From the NCBI GenBank assembly GCA_009908855.1, contig JAAAOM010000003.1:77663-141662 (forward strand): a DNA stretch of 64,000 bases. Direction: 5' to 3'. Numbering within the stretch: the stretch's first letter is position 1; each line of letters begins with the position of its first letter. The position numbers and the translations under genes were made by a program. The notes under the pieces are model-generated. The model saw only the letters and a list, made by a program, of their open reading frames with translations, was not told the DNA's origin and searched no databases. Of this stretch, positions 9,946-20,900 are shown piece after piece. This DNA comes from Bacteroidota bacterium. GTDB taxonomy: Bacteria; Bacteroidota; Bacteroidia; Bacteroidales; JAAAOM01.

Positions 9946-11202
9946 TCAGGATACCTTGTCGGATAAAAACAGATCATTTATCGCTTTCAGGGAAGTTGAT
10001 GAGCTGTCGGTATGGGCCACCTGTTTAAGATTGCGAATAAACGTTCGAATATATTTCCGGGTAAGATTACCGGTATATTGCTCTATATATGCAGCCATTT
10101 CAGGATCACAATGATTCTTATAATTCAATAATTCTTCATCACGGATTTTTTGCATTTGAGCGGTAATGGTTTGAATAACCGGTCGCAGATTGCGGCTTTC
10201 AAGCCAGGTCATGTATTCAGCAACCATTTCCATGATTATTTCTTCGGCTGTAAGAATGCTGCTTTTACGCATTTCGGCTGTACCATTGACAATTTCCTGC
10301 AAAGCATCAACATCAAACAAATGTTTATCAGGAATACAGCCAATGGCCGGGTCGATGTTATTGGGCACTGACAGATCAATCAGTACCTGTGCATTCTTCG
10401 GGCCACCTTTGGCCTGAAAATGATCAGTTGAAATGATATATTCTTTTGCACCTGTTGTTACAAAAACGATATCGCTTGAAGATAAGTGCCTTGGGAATTG
10501 GTTGTAATCCACCACAATTGCATCGAATTCAGTGGCCAGTTTCTCAGCTTTGGCAGCTGTACGATTGGTTATTTTTAAATGTTGAACCCCTCTTTTTTTA
10601 AGATAGCGCATGGTCAATTCGGCTATTTCACCCGCGCCTATTATAAATACTTCTTTATCTTGAAGGTTACCCACTTTATTTTCGCATAAATCTATAGCCA
10701 CATAACTGATAGATGTTGCTCCCTGTTGAATTTCTGTTTCGGAACGAACCCGTTTGCTGGTTTCAAACGATTTTTGAAACAATCGCATGAGAATAGCATC
10801 GGTTAAATTGGCGTTTGTGGCAAATAAATAGGCATCTTTTACCTGTTTCACTATCTGAACTTCGCCCAGTACCATGGAATCGACTCCTGAGGTAACCCTG
10901 AATAGGTGATCTACAGCTTTGTCATCAACATATACGTAGAAATGTTTATGATATGATTCCTGAATTTGTTTATACTTATGCAAAAAATCAAGTATATCAC
11001 GTCGTATATACTGATTGCAAATATGTTCACATGAAAAATAAATCTCTGTTCTGTTGCAAGTTGAAATTACTACTGCTTCTTTAATACCGGTATGCTTTTG
11101 CAATCCTTCGGTAAAGGGTATTATTTCATCAGATGTTAATGAAAATTGCTGTCGAATATTTTGAGAAGCTGTTTTGTGGCTTATGCCCAAGGCTCCAACC
11201 AT
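9946..11202 (-). CDS. hemA: glutamyl-tRNA reductase
   Basis: 418-aa ORF with the catalytic-Cys motif VISTCNRTEIY, the NADPH-binding IIGAGEIAEL motif and a C-terminal dimerisation helix. It is the first gene of the hem cluster. Confidence 0.92.
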   Translation of the reverse strand: MVGALGISHKTASQNIRQQFSLTSDEIIPFTEGLQKHTGIKEAVVISTCNRTEIYFSCEHICNQYIRRDILDFLHKYKQIQESYHKHFYVYVDDKAVDHLFRVTSGVDSMVLGEVQIVKQVKDAYLFATNANLTDAILMRLFQKSFETSKRVRSETEIQQGATSISYVAIDLCENKVGNLQDKEVFIIGAGEIAELTMRYLKKRGVQHLKITNRTAAKAEKLATEFDAIVVDYNQFPRHLSSSDIVFVTTGAKEYIISTDHFQAKGGPKNAQVLIDLSVPNNIDPAIGCIPDKHLFDVDALQEIVNGTAEMRKSSILTAEEIIMEMVAEYMTWLESRNLRPVIQTITAQMQKIRDEELLNYKNHCDPEMAAYIEQYTGNLTRKYIRTFIRNLKQVAHTDSSSTSLKAINDLFLSDKVS

Positions 11203-11289
11203 ATTACTGTAATGTTTCGTAAGGTGTTTACTTAAATTAAATATATAAAAATTTCACAAATGGATTCGGTCTTTGGAAACTGTTGAATC

Positions 11290-11658
11290 TTATACAGCAT
11301 GTGGAGGCGGGCGAATAAAAAAAATGGTATTCCGTTCGGCTATTTTCGGGGATGCATCAACATCCGCTTTTACTTTACTGATAATACAGGGCGGCGATGC
11401 ATTAAATAAATTTTGTTGAATAATGCCATTCCAATCTTTTTCAGAAAGGAATGTATGGTAAAAAATTGTTTTTGCTCTTTCCCGGGCATTGTCAATTGAT
11501 TGAATTTGTTCTTTATCAATTTCAATCGTTTTATTTTCAGCGTATGTTTCCTGATCCTTTTCTTTGGCCTGAAAGGAGTAATTAATCATGCCCAACAGGT
11601 ATATCGCAAAAACTGCAATATACGGTAACGGACCGGAAAATATTCCAATAAATATCAT
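11290..11658 (-). CDS. hypothetical small membrane-anchored protein
   Basis: 122-aa ORF with one N-terminal hydrophobic helix (IFIGIFSGPLPYIAVFAIYLLGMI). I recognise no family. Confidence 0.4.
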   Translation of the reverse strand: MIFIGIFSGPLPYIAVFAIYLLGMINYSFQAKEKDQETYAENKTIEIDKEQIQSIDNARERAKTIFYHTFLSEKDWNGIIQQNLFNASPPCIISKVKADVDASPKIAERNTIFFIRPPPHAV

Positions 11659-12132
11659 ACCCTATAATTTCGCTGTAAAATTAGCCATTTTAACCCAATT
11701 TTTGAAAAGGTTTTGCATATTTTAATTAATTCTACTTCTAAAAGGTTTAGAATACGAATAGCTTTGGCCTATTTAAAAATGGTCCCGAACATTCATATCT
11801 GCCAAAAAATGTGAGGATGATAAATTAATTGAATTTACGGGCGGAAATAATGGCCAGTCATAACAAACGGCTAATAAACATTGGGGCAAAGTGGATATCC
11901 TTCCCCGATGTTTCATAAGAAAAATCGGGATAGGCTGATATCACCTCATAAATTCGTATCAGATATTGTTCATTTTAATCCTGACTGGTTTCTAAATTTT
12001 CAAATTGGTTTTATCTTTTTCTTCCTGCGCAGTTACACTATTTTCTGATGTTATGAATACTGTAACAACAACAATTAATAAATAACGCTAATTTTTGGTG
12101 TATACGTATCATAATGAATCTCCATTTTTCTA

Positions 12133-12525
12133 TTAAACATTTACAAAAAGACCTGATAATGCCACCACCAGTAAAACCATTATGAGCATCCAGTATATGG
12201 TGCCAATGGCCATTTTGGTAGTTTCATTGTCTGTTTCTTGCTTTTTGGGTTTATCAAGTTCCACCTCCCTTGTTAATTTTGGAGTAGCCGCTGCCAGTAT
12301 GAGCGCTATAATGACCCCTACAATAAGCGGTGGAAACCAATAAACCTTGTAATTTTCAGGTCCCCTGGGCTCTATCCATGCATCAAAACCCCATATAGCC
12401 AAAAACAGTACCAGGAAAAAAGTCCAGAAACTTCCCCAGGGACCTCTGATTTTAAAGCCATAATAGAATATCAGTGTTGCAATGCATGCAATAGATATTA
12501 TATATATAATGTTTAGTAAATTCAT
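12133..12525 (-). CDS. hypothetical integral membrane protein (about 4 TM helices)
   Basis: 130-aa ORF with four clear hydrophobic segments and no competing ORF. The family is unknown. Confidence 0.55.
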   Translation of the reverse strand: MNLLNIIYIISIACIATLIFYYGFKIRGPWGSFWTFFLVLFLAIWGFDAWIEPRGPENYKVYWFPPLIVGVIIALILAAATPKLTREVELDKPKKQETDNETTKMAIGTIYWMLIMVLLVVALSGLFVNV

Positions 12526-12898
12526 AACTTTTTTACAATACCAGTTGAAAAAGCCATGCCAGCATGATTATGGTGAAATTTAAACAAGCACGAAAACAGA
12601 AATAATGGCAGGTTGTTTTTCTTGGGGCTTATTCATATCATAAAGACAATCAGTTATTTATGTAGAATTATTTCTACATAATAAGGAAGTGTGTTCACAA
12701 GCTCTCCGTTAAAAGCGAACCTGGTTGTTGCCTTACTTAATCAAATAATTGTTAATAGTGTTCGGCGAATCTCCCGAAGGGTGCTCACGAATACAATTAA
12801 ATTCAAATTTATAATGTGTAAACCTGACCATAGAAAAATTCATACTTCAACTTGTTATTAGCACCGCTGCGCTCGCAAGCAAGGTTCATGTTCTTTTG

Positions 12899-15800
12899 TT
12901 ATTGATTCGGATTACGATACAGGGAATCTGTTTGTGGTAAAGTCAAGACATTAATAAGGGCCGTTTCTTCAACTGTATTGCTGATATCATCGGTTACAAT
13001 CGCTTTCACTTCGTCGCCATCAACCAGGTTACCGGTTGTAAAATTATTTCCTGACACACCGTCCGTTTGTAACACATTATTTACGTAAAATTCAATTGTT
13101 AACTGGTTTACACCACCGTTTGCGGTAACTGTAAAGGTGATTATATCTCCCTCACAAATTATCAAATCAGCATCATCGGCATCCAATGTAATCATTAATG
13201 TATCATATATTGTGATGGACTGGTTACAGTTAGAAATATTGCCGTTACCATCATCAGCTGACCAGTTTATGGTATGTGTTCCAACCGGCAATGAAAAGCC
13301 GTTTAAACCTGCACCTCCAACGTCATAATCATGGCTTAGGGTATAAGAACAGTTATCACTAACCGATGGATCCAGTGAGTTATCTGATACATTGAAGCTT
13401 CCTGCATTGTTTACCACCCGGTTTTGGTCGGTACAGGTGATAGCCGGTACCTGATTATCTTCTACCGTTACTTCAAAGGTATATTCAACCGGCCCGTTTC
13501 CGGATGCATCGGTGTAATTGTATTTTATGATGGTTGTACCGATTGGGAACACAGAACCGGATGAATAACCCTGCACAAGCGTTCCGGGTTGATCCCCGTC
13601 GCAATTATCTCTGAATACCGGGACATTAAAATGAAAGGCGGCACCACAATCACCAGGTGTGGCATGAATGGTTGTATCATTGGGTGCGCTGAGGATGTAT
13701 GGCCGTGTGGTATCGCTTACCTGAATAATGGATGTGCATTGATCCTGCGCATTCATCGGATCACGAACTGTAAATGTCACTATGTTCAGGCCTTTGTCGG
13801 CACAACTGAAAACCGATTTACTGAGTGTTCGCGTCAACGGATCACCGTCCGGATCATGGGAACCATCATCAACATCAGCGGGTGTGATGGATACATTTCC
13901 CGCCGCACCTAAATATATTTTAACAGTATCCTTGCATTGAGCCACAGGCACATCATTATCGGCTGTAACGCTGATATAAACCGTAGCCGTATTCGATTCC
14001 AATCCGCCATTGTCCCTGAAGGTATAGGTAAACTGATCGTTTCCCTGGTAGTCAGCATCCGGTGTGTATGTTACCACCCCATTGGCGGGAGAGGAAAGTG
14101 TGCCGTTTAACGGACCAGACTGGATTAAAACACTCTGATTATCAATGGTGCCAATACCATCCTGATCGCTATCGTTTGTTATTACATTAATAGCTACATC
14201 TGTATCTTCGGGGGTGGAAATAGTATCGTTATTGGCAACAGGATTGTAATCGTTGGAGTAACTAACGTTAATACTCACAGTTGCCGAGGCATTGTCGCCA
14301 TTTCCATCGGTAATTTGGTAGGTAAACTGATCGGAACCGTAGAATTGATTATCCGGGGTGTAATTAAATTCCCCGTTGCTGTTCAAATTCAGTGTGCCAT
14401 TGCTAACATCGGCAACCAGGCTCACGGTTATACCATCTCCCAGTCCGCTGTCATTCACCAGTACCGATATATTCGTTAATGCAGTATTTTCATTCATGGT
14501 ATAACTATCGTTTTCCGCATTGGGAATGTCATTCACGGATTGAACCGTAAAAATTACACGGGCAGTTGATTCATCGCCATCCTGATCACGAATGGTGTAT
14601 TGTATTGTATCGGTGCCATTAAAATTGGCATCCGGTGTATAGGTAAAATCACCGGTGGCGGTATTCAGACTCAGGGTGCCGTATAAAGGATCACTATTGG
14701 AAGGGATAGTTATTGGCGGATCTCCCAATCCGTTGTCGTTGCTAAGTATATTGCCGGATACATTTTCGTCTTCATTCAGGGCATAAGCATCATTAACAGC
14801 AACCGGTGTTTCATCATTGTCAACAATCGTACCGGCGGCCTGATTATCTGAAAATTCTGCATTGCCCGATATATTACTCAGGCTTATCAGCAAGTCTTCA
14901 TTGCCTTCTTCCTCGGTGTCCTCAATGGTTGTAACCTGAATGGTATCCGACATATCGCCTGCTGAAATGGTAAATGCCACATTGGCGGCAGAAGTAAAAT
15001 CACCGGGCGAAACGGCCGTATTATCCGATGTACTATAATTAAATGTAATATCGGAGCTACCCGGATGTGAAATGGTTACGGGAAATTTAATAATGGTGCC
15101 CTCAGTGGTTGTTGCATCCTGAACGGAGACCTGTGGTAACCCGTCGTTATCCAATATACCGGCTATAAATTTTTTGGAGGTTGAAGCATCAGAAAAAAGG
15201 GCATGCTGAAGATTCTGAATATGAATTTTAAAATGCTCAAGGCCTTCGTTAATTATATCATCGTTTGTTGGTATGTTTAATGAATAATTAACCGTTCCGG
15301 CGGGAATTGTATCGAAATTAGAAGGTATGGCCGTATAATCATCAGGAGAAGTTGCTGTGGAATCGGCTGTAAATATTCTGAAAATAATATTTTTTGCACT
15401 CGGGTTGTTAAGCGTTCCGTTTAACACAAAATTATTGCCCTCACTTATATTGGTTGCATTCAGCGATAATACCGGCTTGGTTTCATTATCGGTAATTGAA
15501 CAGACGGATGTTAAATTCCCTGCTGTGGCATTTACCACATTCGACAATGTAATAGAAAACGTTTCATTTGCACCAGGTTCATGTAAATTGTCGTTATTGA
15601 TATTAATAATCAGTGATTTGGTTATATCACCGGGGTTAAAGGTGAGTGTTCCGGAATAGGAAGCCGCAGAAAAATCATCAACCTGAGTGGCAGTGTTCGC
15701 TGTAATGGTAAAGTCTGTGGTTATGAATTGACCACTGGCCCTGTTCAAATTTATAGCAAATGCAATTGTTCCGGCATTTTCATTAACTGTTTTAGACGCT

Positions 15801-17779
15801 TCCAGTGTTAGCACAGGTTGAGGGTCGGTATCATCAATGATGGTACATATTGATGAATTATTACTGATCACGGCATTCACTGCATTTGAAATTTGCAATT
15901 CAAAGGTTTCATCATTTTCCGACAGCAGATCATTCTGGATAGGTACACTAATTACTTTGGTTGTGTTGCCGGCAGTGATGGTATTTGTACCACCGGATGT
16001 TGTATAATCGTTTCCTCCACTGGCCGTACCGGCAACGGTGGTATAATTAAAAGAAACATCGTCTTCATCCCAGGGATGGGACAAGGTTGCTGTAAACTCT
16101 GCATTCGGTTGGGCTGTATTACCCTCGGTAATGGAGAGTGTAAGCGGTGTTAAATTAAGGCAGGGCAGAATAACTATTTCAGGTGACGGATATGTATAAC
16201 TGCTTTCACCGGCACATGTAGTAACACCCACCACTTTATATCGTCCGGGACCCGTTGGAATATAAACCGAATCACTTTCTCCGGCTACTTCAACACCATC
16301 TTTATACCAGGTGTATGTTGAATAACCTTTTGCAGTTAGTTCAGTATTCCCCGCGCATAATCCCTGTGCGGCCAAAACAGGGTTGAAACTTATCTCAGGC
16401 ACCGTACCAAAACCAGAGTAAAATCCACCAGCGCCGATAGCACCCGATTCAATGGTAAGCCCGGCATTTAATGCGCCGGTTGACACCACCGTGAAATTCC
16501 AGTCTGCACCAGGATTATAACCACTTAATTCCGATTGTGTTACAGTATATGCTTCCCAGTAACTGTTGCCAGGAATAGAGATAGCGCCGCTTATGGTATT
16601 GCCATTAATGGTAACCACAGAACCAGCCTGTGTTACAAGTTTCAGGTCCGGATTACCCAAAAAATCAGCATACGAAATTTGAACACTTTTGGATGCATTG
16701 CATGACAATCGCGGAATAAACATCATACCCGTGGTTGCATCAGATGTAGAGCCGGCAAGTGATTGATATACATATACCGGTTTGTCCGATTCGATGTATA
16801 AAATATCATTGGCATTATACTGATTTTCAGGGATAACTATATAATCACCGGCATTTGACATGGTTCCATAAGCACTGCCTGATCCGTTAAGGTAAATATC
16901 ATTATTGTCCTCGGTACTTACCACAATCACTCTTTCGGTATTGTTTGAACCTTCACCGCGCATGACAATGTATTCGGTACCTACAATTTCGATAGGTACG
17001 ATTTGATCGACACCAATATCTCTAAGACTATTATTATTTCCGGCTGTCCATGAACCCGAATTTACCGCAATTGGCTTGTTTGATGTAATATTGGTTCCGT
17101 TAATATGATTTACCGTAACATCCGTGAGCCCGGATTGGTGAAAGTCACGTGTAATTACATAAGACTGGCCTTCCTGAAGTACAACTGTAAATGAGTTTGA
17201 ACCTTTGTCATCGAAGGTAAAATTAGGATTTTCAACGGTAACGTAGGTGTTGTTCTCAGTAGCCATAAAGGAAATAAAATGGGAACGTCGTCTGTTACGG
17301 TTATTATTGTGATTATTGCCCTCCATATTTGTAAACATGTGGCCGCTGTAAAAATTCTTGCCAAAACCTACAGATCCCTTAGAGGTTAGAATGGCGGCCT
17401 GTATATTGGTAAGATGTGTAATATTTACAAAAAATCCTTTCGGCCCTGAGAATATCAGTCCTTCATCATTCAATACCGTATTTTTATCAGCCGGTCCAAT
17501 TAAACCTTCCGCATTAAATTTGTTACCCAGAAATATGCGGGCCGGGGCGTTTTTTGATATGGTAAAGGACTGATTGTATGAATTATCGCGCGTACTCACA
17601 GTTACAGTAAACGGTGTTGTTTCAAAGGTAGACAACAATGCGTAATGATCGTCATAATCGCCACCGTTGTTTCCGGTATAGTACAGCGGTGGTAGATAAT
17701 GAATGGTATCAATTTGTGCGATACTGTTGATACCTATAAATGCGAATCCCAGTAATAATAATAATCTCAAAAACTTCAT
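12899..17779 (-). CDS. giant secreted cell-surface protein with Calx-beta, cadherin-like and HYR repeats
   Basis: The ORF is open over 12899..17824. The probable start is MKFLRLLLLLGFAFIGINSIAQ (ATG at 17779), which reads as a signal peptide. There are four Calx-beta-like units (e.g. NDLLSENDETFELQISN...TIIDDT, EPGANETFSITLSN, NEGLEHFKIHIQN, EEEGNEDLLISLSN). There are three cadherin-like VND/NED units (PVAVNDAYALNEDENVSGNILSNDNGLGD, etc.), followed by HYR-like modules (...FRDNCDG..., TFEVTVEDNQVPAITC). Confidence 0.85.
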   Translation of the reverse strand: MKFLRLLLLLGFAFIGINSIAQIDTIHYLPPLYYTGNNGGDYDDHYALLSTFETTPFTVTVSTRDNSYNQSFTISKNAPARIFLGNKFNAEGLIGPADKNTVLNDEGLIFSGPKGFFVNITHLTNIQAAILTSKGSVGFGKNFYSGHMFTNMEGNNHNNNRNRRRSHFISFMATENNTYVTVENPNFTFDDKGSNSFTVVLQEGQSYVITRDFHQSGLTDVTVNHINGTNITSNKPIAVNSGSWTAGNNNSLRDIGVDQIVPIEIVGTEYIVMRGEGSNNTERVIVVSTEDNNDIYLNGSGSAYGTMSNAGDYIVIPENQYNANDILYIESDKPVYVYQSLAGSTSDATTGMMFIPRLSCNASKSVQISYADFLGNPDLKLVTQAGSVVTINGNTISGAISIPGNSYWEAYTVTQSELSGYNPGADWNFTVVSTGALNAGLTIESGAIGAGGFYSGFGTVPEISFNPVLAAQGLCAGNTELTAKGYSTYTWYKDGVEVAGESDSVYIPTGPGRYKVVGVTTCAGESSYTYPSPEIVILPCLNLTPLTLSITEGNTAQPNAEFTATLSHPWDEDDVSFNYTTVAGTASGGNDYTTSGGTNTITAGNTTKVISVPIQNDLLSENDETFELQISNAVNAVISNNSSICTIIDDTDPQPVLTLEASKTVNENAGTIAFAINLNRASGQFITTDFTITANTATQVDDFSAASYSGTLTFNPGDITKSLIININNDNLHEPGANETFSITLSNVVNATAGNLTSVCSITDNETKPVLSLNATNISEGNNFVLNGTLNNPSAKNIIFRIFTADSTATSPDDYTAIPSNFDTIPAGTVNYSLNIPTNDDIINEGLEHFKIHIQNLQHALFSDASTSKKFIAGILDNDGLPQVSVQDATTTEGTIIKFPVTISHPGSSDITFNYSTSDNTAVSPGDFTSAANVAFTISAGDMSDTIQVTTIEDTEEEGNEDLLISLSNISGNAEFSDNQAAGTIVDNDETPVAVNDAYALNEDENVSGNILSNDNGLGDPPITIPSNSDPLYGTLSLNTATGDFTYTPDANFNGTDTIQYTIRDQDGDESTARVIFTVQSVNDIPNAENDSYTMNENTALTNISVLVNDSGLGDGITVSLVADVSNGTLNLNSNGEFNYTPDNQFYGSDQFTYQITDGNGDNASATVSINVSYSNDYNPVANNDTISTPEDTDVAINVITNDSDQDGIGTIDNQSVLIQSGPLNGTLSSPANGVVTYTPDADYQGNDQFTYTFRDNGGLESNTATVYISVTADNDVPVAQCKDTVKIYLGAAGNVSITPADVDDGSHDPDGDPLTRTLSKSVFSCADKGLNIVTFTVRDPMNAQDQCTSIIQVSDTTRPYILSAPNDTTIHATPGDCGAAFHFNVPVFRDNCDGDQPGTLVQGYSSGSVFPIGTTIIKYNYTDASGNGPVEYTFEVTVEDNQVPAITCTDQNRVVNNAGSFNVSDNSLDPSVSDNCSYTLSHDYDVGGAGLNGFSLPVGTHTINWSADDGNGNISNCNQSITIYDTLMITLDADDADLIICEGDIITFTVTANGGVNQLTIEFYVNNVLQTDGVSGNNFTTGNLVDGDEVKAIVTDDISNTVEETALINVLTLPQTDSLYRNPNQ

Positions 17780-17919
17780 GCCCTGTAATAAATCGTTTGA
17801 TCCATTATTTATACGTGCTATCATAAGAAAGTTATTATTTTTTTACCATTTTTCGTGGTAAACAGATAAATGAACAATACTGAAGGATTAAAAGTATTTA
17901 TAGTGATAACAATAAGCAT

Positions 17920-20900
17920 TTATTTACTTAACAGATGTTCCATTTTTTGAATGAGCAGATTGAGACTTATGGGTTTGGCCAGGAAGTCGTTAAAACCGGC
18001 ATTTTTAATTTTTCTTTCGTCTTCACTCTGTGTAAAAGCAGTTTGCGCAATAACCGGTACATCCCGTTTTTCTCCACGAATCATCTGAAAAACCTGAAAA
18101 CCATCGTAATCCGGAAGTTTTATGTCAAGTAAAACGATATCAATGGTTTTCTTTTTTTCTTTTCTGATAATATCCATGGCTTCACTTCCATTCTTTGCCC
18201 ACAATAATTTTATATTGGTTTTTAAAAGGGCAAATTTGAGATATTTATAATTCGATTCTTCATCTTCAACGATTAAGGCTGTTTTATCCTGCCAGTTTTT
18301 TATTATGGAGATTTGTTGTTCGTTCTCATAATTGGTGTCACTATTTGATTCCTCTGCAACATTGCGTGGTAGCCAGAGAATAAATTCAGACCCCTTTTTC
18401 AATTCGGATGTAACATCTAAATCTCCTCCTAAAAGATTGGCAAGCTGTTTTGAAATTGATAAACCTAAGCCGGCACCGCGATACACTTTTTTAATACTAT
18501 GGTGTACGGTAGTAAACCGATCGAATACGGAGGGCAGGTATTCGGCTGAAATACCAATACCGGTATCTTTCACTGAAAGAAGTATCCGGTCATCATCAAC
18601 TGTGCAGGATACCGTTATTTCTCCCTCATCAGTGTATTTTATTGCATTGTCAATTAAATTGGATACAATTTGTTTAAGCCGTAAATCGTCGGTATAAAAT
18701 ATAGATGGTACATTTTGCGCAATATCGAGCTTCATTTGAATGGCAGGGTTGTTGTTGATTTGTTTGATGATGTGTTTCGAACAACTGCGTAAGTACCCTT
18801 CTTAAATCGCATTTGGTTGACGATATTTGAATGTTCTGTGATTCGATTTTGGAAATATCAATTAAGTCATTAAGCAACTTAAGCAACATTTCACCATTGG
18901 TCTGAATTTGTGTGACAAAAAGTTCTTTTTCATCTTGTTGAAATTCATCAGCACTTGCCAGTAAATCAGAAAAACCGAGTATGGCATTCATGGGTGTTCT
19001 GATTTCATGACTCATATTGGCCAGGAATGCCGATTTAAGCCGATCGGATTCTTCGGCTTTTTTAAGGGCTTTTTCCAGTTCTGAGGTTCTCTGTTCAATG
19101 AGTTTTTCCAAATTTTCACGGTGGTGCTGTAACTCGGTGTTTTTTGCCTGTATTTCCTGATTCTGATGTAGAATTTTTTCCTGACGACGTTGTAATAAAG
19201 TGTTTGCTTCTGTTAAATTGGTGGTTTGCAAATTTACCAGGCTCTTTAGTTTTTTCTGTTTAATTAACAGGTTTTGTGTACGCAATCGGTAAATAAACCA
19301 TATAAATGCAAGGGTAACCAACACAAGCAGTGCTTTAAACCATAAAGTTTGCCAATACGGAGGTGTAATGATAATTGTTAGTGATTTGCCTTACTCATTC
19401 CATACCCCGTCGTTGTTACTTCCTTTAACATGAAAATGGTAAGTGCCCGGGTTCAGATTGGTATAAGTAGCTGTTCTTTTATGTCCTGCTTCCGTCCATG
19501 TTTTATCAAATCCTTCGAGGTAATAGGCGTATTCGTTTTCTTCGGGAAAGCAATAGTTAAGTGCCGAAAATTCGAGACTGAAAACAGATTGTTTGTAACT
19601 TAACACAACGGTATCAGCATAAATAATATTTTTTTTCAGCGCTCCATCTGTTGTAATATCCAGTGATTCATTAAAAACTTTAAAGTCTGTAATAAATATT
19701 GGCGGGATAAAATCATTGTTGGAAATATGGGCAGGGTTAAAATAAATAAGGCCATTGTTGCTGCCAAAATACATGTGCCCGTTTTCATCCATAGAGGCTG
19801 TATTAGGATTAAATTGTTCTGCTTCCAGTCCATCAGTTATGCCATAAGCAGATACCGTATATTCGGTTTTATTGAACTTACAAATACCTTTTGATGTACT
19901 CAACCATAGATTATCCTCTTGGTCTTCCAGTATATCATACACAATATTACCGGATAATCCTTCGTGCGTTGTAAATTTCCGAAACCCGTCAATCGCAGGA
20001 TCAAACAGATTTAATCCGCCACCATGTGTACCTACCCAGAGCATATTATCTGAATCTTTATAGATCGACAAAACCCAGTTATGTCCCAGACTATGAGAAT
20101 TATCTTCTGCATGGAAGTAATGTTTTATAAGATTTCCGTCAATTGTATATTTTTTTAATCCGTTATATGTCCCCACCCAAATATTTTTTTGGTGCGGTAA
20201 AATACGCCAGGCAAATTCTTTTTGTTCTTCGGACAATATAACGAAAGTGCCTTTTATTATATCAAATAAAAGAGCCCCGTAATTTTTTGTAGCCAACCAT
20301 AGTTTATGGTCATCATGGTGCAAACTGATGTCCCAAACATTGAAATTCTTAGGATCAGTAATCCAATCAGGAATATATGATTTGAATGAACCGGTTGATG
20401 GAGAATAAGACACCAACCCCCTTCAAAACAGCCCAGCCATATATTATCGAAACGGTCTTGTTTAATGGAAAGCACTTTATCTACATTTCCGTATTTGGTT
20501 GAAATGGAACGGGTTGTATATAATTGTGCTTCTTTTGTGTTTTTATTATATTGATGAATGCCCTTTCCATCTGTTCCAACCCATAAATTATCCTGGTTGT
20601 CATGGAATGTAGATATCACATAGTCCATTTTCATTTCAAATAAAGCGGGCATTTGGCGGTTGTTAACGTGAAATTCTTTTATGGATTGATCGATGTAGTT
20701 TAAACCTCCGTTAAAGTTACCGATCCAGCGTGAACCGGATTTGTCCTGGTATGAAGTACGAATAATATTATTATTCAGTGAGTTCGGATCACCTTCATTA
20801 TACGTATAAGTTATGAAAATGCCATCCTCTGTGCAATATTCACTAATACCCCCATCCTGTGTACTGACCCATATATGATCGTTATCGGCTTTGTTAAAAG

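Noticed and set aside
9930-9977. Longer hemC start (MICFYPTRYPENRDNN...)
   Set aside because: The extension would overlap the 3' end of hemA by 32 nt and adds non-conserved residues. The conserved deaminase N-terminus starts at the ATG at 9929.
12526-12898. Possible decayed T9SS sorting domain or ncRNA downstream of the giant adhesin
   Set aside because: The in-frame continuation past the stop codon gives no PNGDG-type or Por-tail-like sequence, and nothing of that kind stood out when I read the rest of the gap, which I did not fully translate in the other two frames. Only short hairpins (e.g. tatgtagaa/ttctacata at about 12659..12680) are present. This is too weak to call.
17780-17824. Upstream start (MIARINNGSNDLLQG) for the giant surface protein
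   Set aside because: The ATG at 17779 is immediately followed by a canonical signal peptide. The extension would bury that peptide.
19391-19393. The in-frame TAA in the sensor kinase as programmed read-through or recoding
   Set aside because: The same gene also carries two frameshifts. No recoding signal such as a downstream structure or selenocysteine-type element is evident. Simple pseudogenisation or sequencing error is more parsimonious.
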